Assembly (NCBI GenBank): GCA_965112735.1
Contig: OZ218951.1
Coordinates: 1,426,001-1,490,000, forward strand
Reading direction: 5' to 3'
Length of the DNA stretch: 64,000 nt
Origin: Phaeosaccion multiseriatum
Lineage: Eukaryota > Protista > Ochrophyta, other classes
Shown: piece by piece, positions 63,911-64,000 of the stretch
Numbering within the stretch: position 1 is the stretch's first letter
Layout of the letters: each line of letters opens with the position of its first letter
Notes under the pieces: model-generated
Database searches by the model: none
The model's input: the letters and a program-made list of their open reading frames with translations, nothing else
What the model was told of the DNA's origin: nothing
Position numbers and translations under genes: made by a program

Positions 63911-64000
63911 ACGGACGGACGGACTGACTGACTGACTGACTGACTGACTGACTGACTGACTGACTGACTGACTGACTGACTGACTGACTGACTGACTGAC
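63189..64000. repeat. Long (TGAC)n microsatellite, over 800 bp, running to the window end
   Basis: Directly visible, with a short (GGAC)n interruption near 63903. Confidence 0.98.

Noticed and set aside
63189-64000. Telomere
   Set aside because: (TGAC)n is not a G-rich telomeric unit and begins inside an intron of an unfinished gene; more likely a microsatellite at a contig or window end.

Overview
Gene-dense, intron-rich, microsatellite-laden eukaryotic DNA. It is probably an ochrophyte stramenopile alga (inference from GT-AG introns, a signal peptide plus SAF-type plastid-targeting N-terminus, and gene content). About 13 spliced genes lie in head-to-head and tail-to-tail pairs: a coiled-coil gene (5'-truncated), VPS35L, OGG1, a Nup153-like FG nucleoporin, an RbfA-family protein, a myristoylated Tudor-like protein, a rhomboid protease, a secreted thaumatin with Cys-rich repeats, an IQ-like protein, FIBP, DUF501, MOCS3/UBA4 and an EF-hand/EML WD40 gene (3'-truncated). 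A scrambled CRE-like (RLE) non-LTR retrotransposon sits in the FIBP/DUF501 divergent promoter, and a ~35-bp copy of its 3' tail with a target-site duplication lies in an intron 19 kb away. The main unexplained signal is two short non-palindromic DNA words: GCTGTATCACCAACTGC (10 exact 12-mer cores plus many variants) and CCATCCAYTGCCATC (7 exact). Both occur in exons and introns of unrelated genes, on both strands and in different reading frames, which suggests a DNA-level marking or mutational system. Gene boundaries and motif counts were read by eye and are approximate.
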